A stretch of 64,000 bases of DNA from Chrysomallon squamiferum (GCA_012295275.1 CM022666.1:16802001-16866000), one strand, 5' to 3'. Counted from the stretch's first letter, positions 13,645 through 29,877 are shown. A program made the numbers and translations. Notes: generated by a model not told the origin, from the letters alone.

Positions 13645-16600
13645 CAACTTTCAATTCATTCAACTGTGAACTGGTAGGTAAAACAAGTGAGTGAGCTCAG
13701 TGAAGTGAGACAACATCTAAAAGTGTTGTTTGTTTTGTTTTTCAGGAGAAAACTTCACAACCGTGTGTCTGCCTTTTAGTTTATCCCAACAGTGAGCTGA
13801 TAGTATAACACTTGTAAAACTGAAACAACAGAGCTGATACTATAACACTTGTAAAACTGAAACAACAGTGAACTGATAGTATAACACTTGTAAAACTGAA
13901 ACAACAGTGAACTGATAGTATAACACTTGTAGAACTGAAACAACAGAGCTGATACTATAACACTTGTAAAACTGAAACAACAGTGAACTGATAGTATAAC
14001 ACTTGTAAAACTGAAACAACAGTGAACTGATAGTATAACACTTGTAGAACTGAAACAACAGTGAGCTGATACTATAACACTTGTAAAACTGAAACAACAG
14101 TGAGCTGATAGTATAACACTTGTAGAACTGAAACAACAGTGAGCTGATAGTATAACACTTGTAAAACTGAAACAACAGTGAGCTGATAGTATAACACTTG
14201 TAGAACTGAAACAACAGTGAGCTGATAGTATAACACTTGTAGAACTGAAACAACAGTGAGCTGATAGTTTAACACTTGTAAAATTGAAATAACAGTTATC
14301 ACATTGTAATGAACTGTATTATCATAGTTGTAAAACTGAAACAACAGTGACCAGTGTAATGAACTGTATTATCACAGTTGTAAAACTGAAACAACAGACT
14401 ACTATTGAATGATTTAATATTATCACAGAGGTTAAGACTGAAGGTAAAATATGCAGTGTGCAGATAAGTCAGGACAAAAATTCATAAACAAAATGTTCAC
14501 AGTTTATATTTTCGTATCTCTGTGTCACACAGTCTTCACAGACTTGTCATTGGATCCACGTCCAGAACTGGCTGTGAGACCATCGGAAAACGTCTCTTGG
14601 ACGTGCACGGGTCACTCAAACAACCAGTCCGTGGTGTGGCTTTTTCCAAACACAAGCATCATCTCAACCAACTCCAGCAAGCGCATCAGCATGCTGAACA
14701 ACACTCTCAACATACTGAACACCACACTGAGCGACACCGGCCACTACGTCTGTCAGACCACAGACCTGACCATGAACATCACAGCATATCTCAGAGTCTA
14801 CAACATGCCATCATACTTCACCCTCAGCATGGCTCTCATCGGCATCAATGCCGTGTTTGTCTTACTTTTCACAGCTTGTTTCATCTTCCACAAGGTGTTG
14901 TCACGAAGGAGAGAGAAGACTGACAAGAAAGTGAAATATGAAATGGCAAATGAAAAGGCAAATGAAAAGCAGACAGCTTGAATGAACTGAAATATTCCCT
15001 GTGAAGTAAAATGTTATAGCAATGTTACAAACTAAACTATGTAAGAAAACAATAGAGCTTTCTTTGTGCTATTTTTACTGTTACAATAACATTTTTTGTT
15101 GTCCTTTTTTTCAGTTTTTTTTTTACAATTATTATTATTATGATGGGCTTACAATCAGGAAAATTGTTTGTTAAAAGTTATATAAGTAAATTTCAGAAAG
15201 TTATGTTTGTTCTGATAAATTATCTACTATCTTTACATGATCCAAACTCATCCAATTTTTATTTTTATTAAATAATTAATTTTTGTTTTTAATTTTGTTT
15301 TTTCTTCTTTAACAGGGATGGGAAGTTGACCAGTTTCTCAACCCTAGACACAAACTCACACACATGAGCACACGCACACACATACACAGTTACTAACATA
15401 TATATGTATTTTTTGCTTATGGTGATATCTTTGAAAATAAATGTGCATATCTGCACAATACTGAGCAACTGAGTTAAGCAATTTCTTCCACTTTTGAGAA
15501 TGTTTGTCAGAATTGAAAAGTTAAATAATCACAAATGACTCAGTCCTAAAATCTTTGGTGGAATGAACACATTTAACAAAGCACCTCTTACAAAACTATG
15601 TGAATACCGCCAGTTTTTTCTTTTCACATTCTTAATGTGATTATATTAAACTAATTTTCATTACATTTTTCATTTTCAATCCTTGCAGCTCATCTGCTGA
15701 ATAATGGAAGTTGAAGCAATTTAACAATATCGTTAGACATAACACTATATATTTTTTAAATGTACTGGTGAGAGAATGTCATGAGAACTTGTAAAAACAA
15801 GAATGAATTTGATTCAGCTTTTCTTTGCAAAACCCCCCAGCAAACAGCAATATTGAAATCTACCTTTCTAGTGTCTGTCTGTGAACGTTTGTGTGTGTAT
15901 GTGTGTTTGTGCGTGTGTCTCTGGGTGTTGTGTATGTATGTATGCATGTGCATCTGGATGCACACACTGGTAAAGGCCTTCCAGAACATGGATGACATTA
16001 ACAGTATTTCTAGCCATCTTGGTCTGCAACTTTTATGTAACAAATGAATGACCAGGAAAGTATTCTTAATCACTGAACAGTTTGTATGTATAAATGTTTA
16101 CAGGTCTGACACAGATCTGCTGAACCTGGTCATTCAGCCAGTGTGAAGGTGACACAGACTCACTGCTTGTGTGTGTGCAGTACAAGCCACCTTCAACTCA
16201 CATCAAACTCTCACAATATTTATTTACTGGTCAGACCTCACATAAATTGTTGTCACTGGAGAACTATTTTGTTCTGATGTGTAGTTTTCTGATAATAGTA
16301 ACTAATGTTCACTGGTCTTGCTAGCAAATTCCATCTTAACTTATTCTTTACTTCTCAGTTTGTTTTTCATTAGGATATTAGATTTTTCTCATTCACAATC
16401 TGTAACCTATGTTCAGGACCACAAAATTTACTACACGCAGACCAACAAAGGATATTTTGCCATGAATATTTCAGACTAGGATGTTTTGGCCATATATTTT
16501 TTCAAAGGAGGACATTTTGGCAATATGAGTCATCTCTTTATTTTGAGGAAATGATAGTGAAAATCACCTTCTTTTTTAAATCAGTTATTTACATGACAAC

Positions 16601-19600
16601 ATCTGAACTCAAAACCTACAAGTTCAGTGCTAGTCTGACCACCTCTCTAGTTATGGAGCAATTCAGAAATGAACTTACACCTATCTTCAGAGACTGTGGA
16701 GTTTTTGTGTTCTGTGTTTTGAGAATATTCAACCTGCACACTTACAATTTGTTGCTGCACCACTCTGAGGCACTGTCTGTACATGGCTGATTTGTCAGGT
16801 GACATAATGCTTATTCCATCATGTAGGTGGAAAAAGAAGAGCGATGAGGTGAAAGTTCAGGTGTAGAGATCAGGTGAACAGGGACAAAAATGTTAAGCTA
16901 CATACACTGCATCAAAGTGATTGCAGAAAGAGGTTGCATCCTCTGATGCTGAGTATCATGTCAGATCACAATCTACAGGCAGAGAGGCAAAGTGGATCTA
17001 TCTAAGTTAATTGTGAACAGTTTGGCTGGCAGACAACAAACCTTCGCAGGCCGGTGTTTGCCCACCTGTCATTTTTAAACAGCAGCTTCAGCAAACAGGA
17101 AAATTCAAGTCCATTTAGCCACACAAACACTATTGTATAATAATAATTAAAAAACTCAGGCCAAAATATTTTATTCTGAATGTCTGTTCACCAGTGGAGA
17201 CATGTTGTCATTTTTTAAAATGGTAAAACAGAAAAGTTGAAATGAGGTACATCAAAGTAAACACATCAAACCTCCCCACCTACCAAATCTGACCAAATTA
17301 AAATAAATTCTTGAACTGAGGACATATCTGTATTGTTTATCATGGAGAGAAAAACACACACAGAGAGACAGTGTGTATTCACAGCATGTTCACTGTATCA
17401 TAAAAAACCCATATTAAAACTTAGTTTTTATTTAAATTCATGTCAATTTCATTAAAAAGTTTAAGACAGCTGTTTGGAACAGGACAAAGAAATAGAAGAT
17501 GAAATCATTTTCTACTCTGCACTTTCAACTTACCAAACACTGTGCTTTGTGTTTCAGTGGAATTTGCACACAAACATTATCAGTAACCCATGTAGCTTCC
17601 TCTTTCTTAATTCACAGATAGAATACAACCATGTATTAAAACATCAGTGAACAAACATCTCTAGATCTGAGTTTTCACTTTTAATTTTCTAAACTCTAAT
17701 CAACAAACTAGAAACAAAAACTCACTTTTTAATCCACTGATAGTCTGCTCAAACTTCTTGTTGCTGTAAAAAAATAAAAAATAAAGTAGATGTCAGTGTA
17801 CACATGTGTTCCTCATTAAGTTATAAATTTGCTATCAATTGTACAATATCAGGATTTATATGACAACTTCTTATTTACAAATATTTAAAACTTATTTAAA
17901 ATTTGTAACTAATTTTCTTCAGTTTTAATAAATTCTATCAGATAAATACATTCCTGTAAGGACTGACAAATTTCAAGGCACCAAATGAATAAATCAATAT
18001 GAATAACAAATACACATGTGACTGAGTTTCAAACAAATATTAAAAAGAATATGTTGTGTAAGTGTTGTACAAAAACATTATGTTGTATAAAAGTGTTGTA
18101 CAAAAACATTATGTTGTATAAAAGTGTTGTATAAAAACACTAATGTGGTGTATAAATGTTGCACAAAAACAATGTGTTGTATAAAAATAATGATGTATTG
18201 TACAAGTGTTGTATAAAAACAATGTGTTGTATACAAACACTGATGTATTGTGTAAGTGTTGTATAAAAACAATGTGTTGTATACAAACACTGATGTATTG
18301 TGTAAGTGTTGTATAAAAACAATGTGTTATATACAAACACTGATGTATTGTATAAGTGTTGTACAAAAACAATGATGTATTGTATAAGTGTTGTATAAAA
18401 ACACTGATGTATTGTATAAGTGTTGTATAAAAACTGATGTATTGTATAAGTGTTGTATAAAAACAATGATGTATTGTATAAGTGTTGTATAAAAACAATG
18501 ATGTATTGTATAAGTGTTGTATAAAAACATTGATGTATTGTATAAGTGTTGTATAAAAACAATGATGTGAATTACCTTGACTCTAAATGCTGCAGTTTCC
18601 TGTTGACTGATTTTTTTTCCACATCAAAGTCGAGTGCGTTTTTCCTGAATGCTTCATACTGTTTACATAAACTCTACAAACAAAACACACACAGACCTGT
18701 AAACAAGTTCATATGTTGTGTAAAAGTGTGCAAGTGTGTGAATATGTCTGCCTTTAGAGTGTATATGTACCTACAGGTGGGTACAAAATAAGTGTATAAT
18801 GCATGAATGAGTGTACAAGATCAAACATGTGATGCAATGTCATATATAACAAAAATAAAATCTATGACATACTGTTATAAATCAAGGTTAGAAATTCTGT
18901 TAAAAATTCTGAGAATCCATGTGGATGGAAGCAGTTGACGAGAAACTTCTGCTTCTCAGCAGTGTCAGTTACACAGAATTTTGTGTATATAAAAACACCT
19001 GTACTATTTATTGAACAGAATAACCAATTTGTCAGCAACAGTATATCCAATTTTTAAACCAAAAAAGCAAGAAAGCTTTGTTTTCCTTTAATTTAATATG
19101 ATCAACACAAGAAATAAAATGAACAATCTGTAATGAGACTTGTTTTTATGTTAAGCGTTTCTTTCTGTTGCAGTAAATAAAATAAGTATTTGTAATTTTT
19201 CAAACACACTTGTTAAATTGATACTCAAAAAGTGTAGAAAATTTAAGTTTAGGAACATAATATCAAAGAACTAACACAGCAATGTTTGATACAATACTGA
19301 ATTTGGCACATTTCATTACTATATGTTATTATCATCTAACAAACATGTTCCTTTCAGTTCTCTGTGTTGACCACTGCTTGTCTTCTGGCCAGACTAGTCT
19401 CGATAAACCACGTCGTTTCAAACATACACAGATTCAAATGTGTGCTATGCTTTTGAAACCATTTTAAACTGATTTGATAACCACACTATTTTTGTTTTTA
19501 ATTTTGGTAATGTTTTACTCATTGATTATTCAATTTAACAGAATTTTTGAAATATTTCACACAAATCCAAATGGATCAGGATGTTTTATGTTTGTGTGAA

Positions 19601-22149
19601 TCAAATTTTTAGCCCTGTAAGTATGAGGTAGGGTCACATATAATAAAAGGCATGCATGTTATATAATAATGATGTATGAAGTAGTGTATAATGAAGTATG
19701 AAGTAGTATGAAGTATACTTCTGATGCTTTCAGTCTGTCTTCAAGGTTTTCTATCTGGGTATTTCTCAGTACAATCAGATTTTCAAGGTCACATTTGGCT
19801 TTCTTCAGTGGCTCGGTTTCTTCTAGACTCAAACTCAGTTGATGTGTCAGCATCTCCGAGTCTCTGAATAATAATAATCTTTGTTCATGCATATTATACA
19901 CATATATATTACATTCATACACATATATAAACACACGCGCACATATATATTACATTCATACACATATATAAATACACACACACACATATTACATTCATAC
20001 ACATATATAAACACACACACACACATATTACATTCATACACATATATAAACACACACACACACACATATATATCATGTAACTCCAAACAATAGAACAAAA
20101 AGTGTTTGACAGTTTACTAAATTAAATGTAATACTTGTTTTTCTTGTTGTTGTTTTTAAAATCTGCATGTAGTAGAATAAAATATGAAATAATTCCAAAC
20201 AATGTTTTTATTTCCATATACTTTTATTTAAAATTCACATAACATATTAAATTATTTTATCAAGTTAATTTTCTGATAAAATTTTAGCTGGTAACAGTCA
20301 GCTTTTGAATGACTAAATATATATCAGATAATTAAAAAATTATTTCATTTGTTAATTTACCTTTCAGCCTTTTCCAGTCTGCGGGAAATCTCTTCCAGTT
20401 TCTTGCTCTGTGCATCATGCTGTTCTTCAGTTAAGAAAATTTACAAGTGGAGAAGAAGTTTCAAAATTTACATAACGTGGACCTTTAGTGAATTAAATTT
20501 CCTAATTTAGGTTCACTACACATATTAATAAAAATAATAATAATAATAATAAGAAGAAGAAGAAGAAGAATAGCAACAGTAACAATAATAACAGCAATAG
20601 TAGTAACAATGTTGATGATAATCATAATAATAATAACAACTACAATGGTGCGATGATGAAAAGTAAACAAACAGAGTGGTCTGAAGTTGATGTTAATGTC
20701 GTCCTGCTAGTAGATGTGTGTTGATAACAGGCTAAGTATTTAAAAAGGATATCTTCACACTTTGTTTGGTATTTCCGGATGAGAAGACTGAAAAATGAAA
20801 AACAGCATTAAAACTGATGACAGTGAAAATTACTTCAATATAAATTATTTTCTTTCTAATAAAAAATAAATAATAATTAAAAAGTTAAAAAATGAATAAA
20901 AATGTCAGTAATATTTATCACAGAAAAAATGAAGTAAATTTGTTTTATTTGTTATTGATTTTTTTTTTCAATTTGTTTTATTACCATTATTATTTTAATA
21001 TATATATAAAGGTACATTTTTTGTTTTTACAAAATATAAATTACATTATTTTAAAAAGATAGCGTTATTACTTTAATATGCAAAATAAATTACTAAACTG
21101 TCTTCAAATAAAAACTGACTACTGATATGATTTTCTGTTTTAAAAATATTAACTTTAAAGTTACATTTACTGTTTAAATGATCTACTGTCTGAAGTATAT
21201 TATGTTAAAGTTAAATTAACTCAATTGAAATTATCTACTGTCTGAAGCATATTAATTGTAAATATAAACTCACTCATTTGAAATGATCTACTGTCTGAAG
21301 TATATTAATTGCAAAGTTAAACTCACTAAGTTGAAATGATCTAGTGTCTGAAGTATATTAATTGCAAAGTTAAACTCACTCAGTTGAAATGATTTTCTGT
21401 CTTAAAGTTCTGAAGTTCAGAGAATGCTCTTCTTGTAGTTTTTGTAATTCCTGTTGGCAAATGAAGATGAGATGATTTAAATATTTAATAAACTAATTTA
21501 CTGAAATGGTCCAAGGCTGAGATACATATCAATAAGTAAAACAAAAAAAAAAAAAAAAATAGAAGAACTATGTTATTTAATGAACAAGACAGTACATTAG
21601 TTTCAAGTTGTTCTGTGTCAGTGTGTATTTTATGGCAGTTACTTATGTAAAATATCTAATATACAAATTACTTCTTTTATTTTTTTCCTAAAAATATACA
21701 CAGATAATCACAGTTATAGACATACATAAATGCACCACACACACACGTGATAATGGTCATGTATACTCAGATAAATACACTAACAGTTTATTAAATACGC
21801 TGATTTTATTAATTTTATTTTTTCATAACAGTAATATTTTGTCTTTGCTTCCTTTATAGCTATTTCACATACACAGACAGGCATCTTCAAAATGCAAATT
21901 CTGTCAACAACAAAAACAAATCAACAGACTTTAATCATTTAAAAATTAAGAACAAAAATATTCTGAGATAGTCTGTAAGGAAATTACTGTTACTGTTTAC
22001 GGTTTTTTCTTAATCGTTATTAAAATTAATTAAAAATGTAATAAATTAATGTTTTGTTTCTAAAAATATACCTCTTTTAACCTTCGGCAACTGTCGCACC
22101 AAATCGGACCATCCAAATCAAAAGATGGAATGTCACCTTGCGAGGCCAT
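61..22149 (-). CDS. ICE1: ICE1-like (little elongation complex subunit 1) multi-exon gene, 3' part beyond the left edge. Exons 5'->3': 22149-22072, 21450-21380, 20787-20753, 20421-20361, 19863-19719, 18673-18576, 17763-17726, 9531-9449, 9175-9136, 8768-8703, 7821-7583, ~7210-2967 (acceptor unresolved, internal frameshifts), 2543-2456, 464-425, 188-61
   Basis: Hand splicing keeps phase across exons 1-11 and across the last three exons. The N-terminus MASQGDIPSFDLDGPIWCDSCRRLKE-ELQKLQEEHSLNFRTLRQKIISTDLLIRKYQTKCEE...RDSEMLTHQLSLSLEETEPLKK is a CxxC plus coiled coil. It resembles human ICE1 as I recall it (CQGC...LKQKIINTDNLLTEYQKKCDE...ISPLQK). An LLSPLPPTP motif and a huge disordered central exon also fit. 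Orthology is from memory, not from a search. Confidence 0.75.
236..447. repeat. ~66-68-bp minisatellite x3 containing the exon 3' end and donor of ICE1-like exon 464-425
   Basis: ctacctgttttctt recurs at ~287, 353 and 421; minus strand reads ...AAGAAAACAG|gtagat. Confidence 0.85.
530..980. repeat. CA/TACA compound microsatellite
   Basis: Directly visible. Confidence 0.95.
1511..2472. repeat. 44-bp minisatellite, ~21 copies, each containing the last ~17 nt and donor of ICE1-like exon 2543-2456
   Basis: Unit ttttacctgtagttttgaaggtgtaactaagacaatgttt(t/g)gag; period 44 (1541 to 1585). Confidence 0.95.
2967..7210 (-). CDS. ICE1: Giant low-complexity exon of the ICE1-like gene (acidic/Ser/Lys-rich, in-frame peptide repeats), broken into four ORFs by indels
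   Basis: ORFs 6804-7193, 5702-6859, 5307-5678 and 2963-5302 abut, and the breaks fall inside repeat units (~6823, ~5690-5705, ~5305). The donor CTCAG|gtaaaa at 2967 is in phase with the next exon 2543-2456. Confidence 0.7.
7876..8655. repeat. 30-bp AT-rich minisatellite filling most of ICE1-like intron 10
   Basis: Unit aagatatatatttaactaatgtgtacatat. Confidence 0.95.
12600..13360. repeat. Degenerate TG/TA-rich minisatellite
   Basis: Recurrent acttgtatgt...tttatatctgtatg units. Confidence 0.85.
13790..14395. repeat. 39-bp minisatellite directly upstream of the nested Ig gene CDS
   Basis: Unit aacagtgagctgatagtataacacttgtaaaactgaaac. Confidence 0.95.
14493..14981 (+). CDS. Small single-Ig-domain type I membrane glycoprotein, intronless CDS, nested antisense in ICE1-like intron 7
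   Basis: Within ORF 14451-14981, Met at 14493 opens a signal peptide (MFTVYIFVSLCHTVFT). Ig hallmarks are WTC...VVW...LNILN...DTGHYVC. TM segment MALIGINAVFVLLFTACFIF is followed by a short basic tail. There are seven N-x-S/T sequons. Confidence 0.88.
   Translation: MFTVYIFVSLCHTVFTDLSLDPRPELAVRPSENVSWTCTGHSNNQSVVWLFPNTSIISTNSSKRISMLNNTLNILNTTLSDTGHYVCQTTDLTMNITAYLRVYNMPSYFTLSMALIGINAVFVLLFTACFIFHKVLSRRREKTDKKVKYEMANEKANEKQTA
18050..18568. repeat. ~29-31-bp minisatellite abutting the donor of ICE1-like exon 6
   Basis: Unit tgatgtattgtataagtgttgtataaaaac(a/aa). Confidence 0.9.
20422..20752 (-). other. U12-type (minor spliceosome) AT-AC intron, ICE1-like intron 3
   Basis: The 5' end reads ATATCCTTTT. 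Branch box TTTTCTTAAC (20439-20430) lies just upstream of a terminal AC. Only AT-AC splicing keeps the frame (TGT GAA G|AG CAT GAT); the nearby AG acceptor gives an immediate TGA. Confidence 0.9.
21170..21395. repeat. 53-bp minisatellite (~4 copies) containing the 3' end and donor of ICE1-like exon 2
   Basis: aactcact...ttgaaatgat recurs at ~21267, 21320 and 21373; minus strand ATCATTTCAACTGA|gtgagttt. Confidence 0.8.
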
Positions 22150-22261
22150 GACATGTTTGTTGAGTGGCACATTAGTATATTAATATGTACGTCTTGAACA
22201 AATGAATATCCACTTTCTTCTTGTGTATTTGTCAATTACTCTGTACTATTTCGCTCTTTCG

Positions 22262-22310
22262 TTTTCACAACGTGGAGGAAGTTGACGAAAAGCGATCTTC
22301 CGGTTATAGA
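22262..22310 (-). promoter_or_regulatory. Putative ICE1-like proximal promoter with ETS-type CCGGAAG/GGAAG motifs
   Basis: A CpG-containing patch 110-160 bp upstream of the ATG has ACCGGAAG on the minus strand near 22300. Motif match only. Confidence 0.3.
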
Positions 22311-22743
22311 GTAACATCCCTTAGATTGAATATTTTTTTTTTTTTTTTTTTTTAATTTGTTGTTTTCTTTTTTTTCTTCACAAAACTAAATAATTCTTCT
22401 TTTTTCTTTATGAATACCTACCGAAATAAAACATTATATGAGTTATTTACTCAATAAATTAATGTATTTTATATTTATTTATATTTTAAAAGTAAACAAT
22501 GTCAAGGCCGCTACATATGTTGAATATTAAATTAACTATAGATTTTTGGGATAACTTAAGTCAACAGAGCGGGCAGCTAAGTGGGATGGTTAAGGTTCGG
22601 ATCAATAAACATATTTTAACTATTTTATATATCCATCATCTCTTTTTAACAGTGCGCGCGCGTTCTTGTTATTAAGTGTAATATTTTATACCACAATGTC
22701 GAGAAATATTTATTAATGCAATTTTTATTTTTTATTTATATTT

Positions 22744-22798
<55 letters not shown>

Positions 22799-22820
22799 TG
22801 CATTATTTGCATTATTATTA

Positions 22821-22853
<33 letters not shown>

Positions 22854-23360
22854 TTTAAAAAAAACATGACATTTCGTATATATAAGGGTGTTTTTTTTAT
22901 ATATATTTTGTTTTCATTTTTCATTTATTTGGTGTGGGTTTTTTTTTTGGGGGGGTTGTTGTTTTTTACCGAGTGTTTTTATGTTGTTGTTGTTTTTTCT
23001 TTCTCTTTCTTTCTTTCGTTCAGATCCTCCAAAACATAATAAAAATGCATTGCATTATTTATTTATTTAACAACGAAGTTTGATAGCTGTAATGAAGTCA
23101 GTGTACAGTTCGGATGAAGCATGCAGAGCTGTGATTTGAAGGCAATTTAAAAAATTACGTTAGTTTTCGAGACTATTATTTCCGTTCAGCAGCCGCTGGA
23201 AAACAGTTCTGTTTCTTCCTCTGTAATACAATTCATCTCAGTCATCCTGCAATCCTTAGTGGCTCGAGAAATCAAACTTTTACATCACAGTGCACACAAC
23301 ATTTCACACTTTGTTGTTTGCTATGGTATTGGTGTAGGTAGAACAGTTAATAAATATATT

Positions 23361-23393
<33 letters not shown>

Positions 23394-23560
23394 TTCATTT
23401 TGGTCTCAAAAGTCAACATATAAAACTTTGACTTTATCCGACTAAAACGGCCATTCAAAGTTTTTTTTTTTCCTGAAAATGGGTGCGGCTACGAATCTTA
23501 TTTTATTTATTTATTTATTTTTTTTTTTAATCATTTACTAATTACTTTATATAATAAAGA

Positions 23561-23603
<43 letters not shown>

Positions 23604-23690
23604 TATTATTAAAATTAATTTCTCAACAATCGTTTTAAATGTGTATAGTCTGTATCTCAAGTAATGACAATACGTTTATAATATTTCAAA

Positions 23691-23726
<36 letters not shown>

Positions 23727-24229
23727 GCACATTTTGCATAATAAGTTTTCTAATAGAATCACACTGGTGATCATTTAATTACAATACAAACATTCACAGA
23801 AATATTAACATTTCATGTATACTAATACCATTTTTATTACTACTACTACTATTATAGTTGTTGTTATTACTGTTGTTTTTATTATTATTGTTATTTTTAT
23901 TTTTATTCTTATAAATATATATATATTTTAACTATTTCCATGTCAGTGATTATTTTCCCCCAGAAAACAAAATGAAATCGCCCAAACTTGAAAATTTGTA
24001 AATTATCTCTAGGCTTCGTTTTTATTTTTATTTTTTTGGAAGTTATTATGTACGTTTGACCTAGAAACCTCTAAGGAAAAACGTGTAAAGAATTTGATTA
24101 GCTGGTCGCTTGAGTACACAGACACTTTCCTAACGACAGATTAGGTCGACAATAGCGTCACCGCACTAGCTGTTCCTTTGTCACTGCGAAACATTACAAC
24201 ACTGCTGTGACGTTGTGTACAGCGACAGC

Positions 24230-24288
24230 TGAACACCGCTAGACACGACCAACACAGTCTCTCTGCCCCGCGAGGAGGACACACCCAG
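24230..24288 (+). other. Probable non-coding first exon of the GQYPPP-repeat gene
   Basis: A GC-richer patch ends in a strong donor CCCAG|gtgagt at 24288/24289. The first coding exon has an acceptor only 8 nt before its ATG, so an upstream exon is needed. The start coordinate is approximate. Confidence 0.5.
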
Positions 24289-25375
24289 GTGAGTTTGTGT
24301 GATTAGCTAAATACAACACGTATTGATTGTTATGTGTGCAATGTGTTCTGTATTTCACTAAGTTTACGTTAGTAAGTATTCTCGTTATAAATGTTACTAA
24401 CTTATAAAATCAGCTAGAATATCTACATTCTACATCCTGTTCCAGTTTCCTAGAAAAAAAAAGTGAGTCATCGAGACTGTACTGGGAAAGAGAGAACGTG
24501 TGACAACGAGAAAGGAAATACAGGGTGCAGGGAAGGAAGATATAGATTAAAAAGAAAATACAGACTGTGTGTGTTTGTGTGTGTATGTGTGTGTAGCATA
24601 GTTTATGTATGTACATACATGTGTGTGTATGTCGGGTACAATTATGTATCTGCTTATATCGTTGTGTCTACGAACGAAACCAGTATACAAAATAGGAAAT
24701 GTAAACACAGTATTTCTGTATCCAGAAAGAAAAGGATGAAAGAAAAAAGAAGTAGGTTAATCGACACGCGCAGCTATTTTTGACATGTGTCCTGGATTAT
24801 TTAACTTTCATTTTATCAACAGAAGACTACGTATGTGTGTTGTGTCGAGATGACATACTATCAGCGTTACCTGGTTACAACATAAACACTTCAACTATTG
24901 ATTTACATTCCCCTTCACTGGCTTGTCACGCTGCAGTGTTTGGCTTAGTAGTTTTTTCTTTTTTACTGTTTATATGTAATATGTGTCTTCACACACACAC
25001 ACACACTGAATCAGGGCAAGACCCGGGCTGAGAGTGAAACGTGTGAAAAGGTTGCTGTGTGACTTAAATCTTCAGGTGTTCGATAAACCTGTCTAACGTC
25101 TGATGTCTTTGAAGTCAGTTATGACTTTCATACCAAAAACGTCGATAGACTTCAAACGGTAACGGTAGACATAAACGAATTCATTCAGTGGATATCGTTT
25201 CTATCGGAAGAGAGATTTATATTTTATATATTTTAAAATCTTTCTATTAAAAAATATTAATAATAAATATAAAAAAACATTAAAAAAAAAACAACAACAA
25301 AAAGAGAACAGGGAAAAATTATTAGTTTCGGTAAGAGGCGTTTGTCTCATTTGCCTCAGTGTAGTTACGGCCATG

Positions 25376-25685
25376 ATATGTATGTATGTATGTATGTATG
25401 TATGTGTGTGTGTGTGTGTGTTTCAGTATGTATATATGTATGTATGTGTATGTGTGTGTGTGTGTGTTTCTGTATGTATGTATGTATATATGTGTATGTG
25501 TGTGTGTGTGTGTGTGTTTCTGTATGTATGTATGTATGTGTGTATGTATGTATGTATGTATGTGTGTGTATGTGTGTGTGTGTGTTTCTGTATGTATGTA
25601 TATGTGTGTGTGTGTATGTATGTATGTATGTATGTATGTATGTATGTATGTGTTTATGTATGTATGTATGTATGTATGTATGTAT
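25376..25685. repeat. TATG/TG compound microsatellite
   Basis: Directly visible. Confidence 0.95.
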
Positions 25686-26039
25686 TACTTCCTGTAGGTG
25701 GCCTCAAACAGCTATGTTTCTTCAACAATAAAATCGACATTACCACTGGCTGACAATCTTAAAACAAATATCTGCCATTACACGGCTTTACGAAAGAATG
25801 ACTTTGCATTTAAGATGAAGCAGTGGCAGATATGTAAAATCTATTTCTATTTCAGACCTAAGACAAAAATAAAATTCTAACATGAAATAATTAAACAGTG
25901 TTTAACATACAGGTACTCACACTGACATACACACGTAAACACACGTATGTATGTCTATATCTTCTTTTATCTATTTACCTAGAAAGACAAATATATAAAT
26001 ATGTAGCTAGATAGACAGATAGATTAAATATATATGTTT

Positions 26040-26141
<102 letters not shown>

Positions 26142-26661
26142 TTTATACTAAAATCTCTGAAACCAGTGTCTGAGTGAAATCGGTGAAAGTTCATGAAATG
26201 CAGAACTCACGAATTTACTCAAATCTGCTAACAGTGATTCACTTTACTGCGTCTTGTCGTGAAGCAGATGTTCGTGATAAACTGAAAGATCAGTAAGACA
26301 GGTTTAGTTGTTTATCAGTGTGAGAGTGTGTATATTATGAGTCCACTTCAAAATAAAACTTTGATTATTCTTCGATCACTATGGTAATATTAATTTCCAC
26401 GTCTTTTTGTTTTTTAATTTAAAACAGATATATCGTCTTTCTTTAATTGTATACAAGGTGTTTTTGATTATTGATGCAATTTAAAATTTTCACTATGTTT
26501 AACAGCGTGTTTTTACTTTGTTTCAAATTTATTTATTTATTTATTCATTTATTTATTTATTTATTATTTTAGCTGAGTGTGCTTTTTTACTATTACAGAA
26601 TGTTTTAATTATTAGTATAAAACTCTATTTTAAAGGTTTTATTTTTATTGCAGTGTAAACG

Positions 26662-29472
<2,811 letters not shown>

Positions 29473-29877
29473 AGAGGAAAGACGCTGTTACGTGTATATT
29501 TTATTGACTGTCCGAGTGTCCGATTTGGGCTCCAGTTACAAACTTTGAACGAATCATATTGACGCATTAGAAAAAACCGATGAGATTAAAGAAAACCAGT
29601 TAGTAAAAACTGATTATAATAATAACAATGTGATCTTGAAATGTTGTTACTGAACAGAGAAGAAATAAATTATCCTTTTTGTTTAACAACGAATTTGTTA
29701 TTTTGTAATACAGTCTAAACAGCGTGTGTAAAACATTCTGAGTGTAAGAGAAAATTAGAAAACGGTGAATATCTTGGTTTTTGTTATTGCCGAATGTAGG
29801 ACATAAGTCCCCCGCAGTAGAAAAGCCCCCCAAGTCCAAAAATGCGTAGGTCGACAAAAGTCCCACAGTCAGTTTGC

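Noticed and set aside
19711-19718. Second U12 intron (donor GTATACTT resembles GTATCCTT)
   Set aside because: There is a mismatch at a conserved position and no CCTTAAC-type branch box before the 18673 acceptor; treated as a weak U2 donor.
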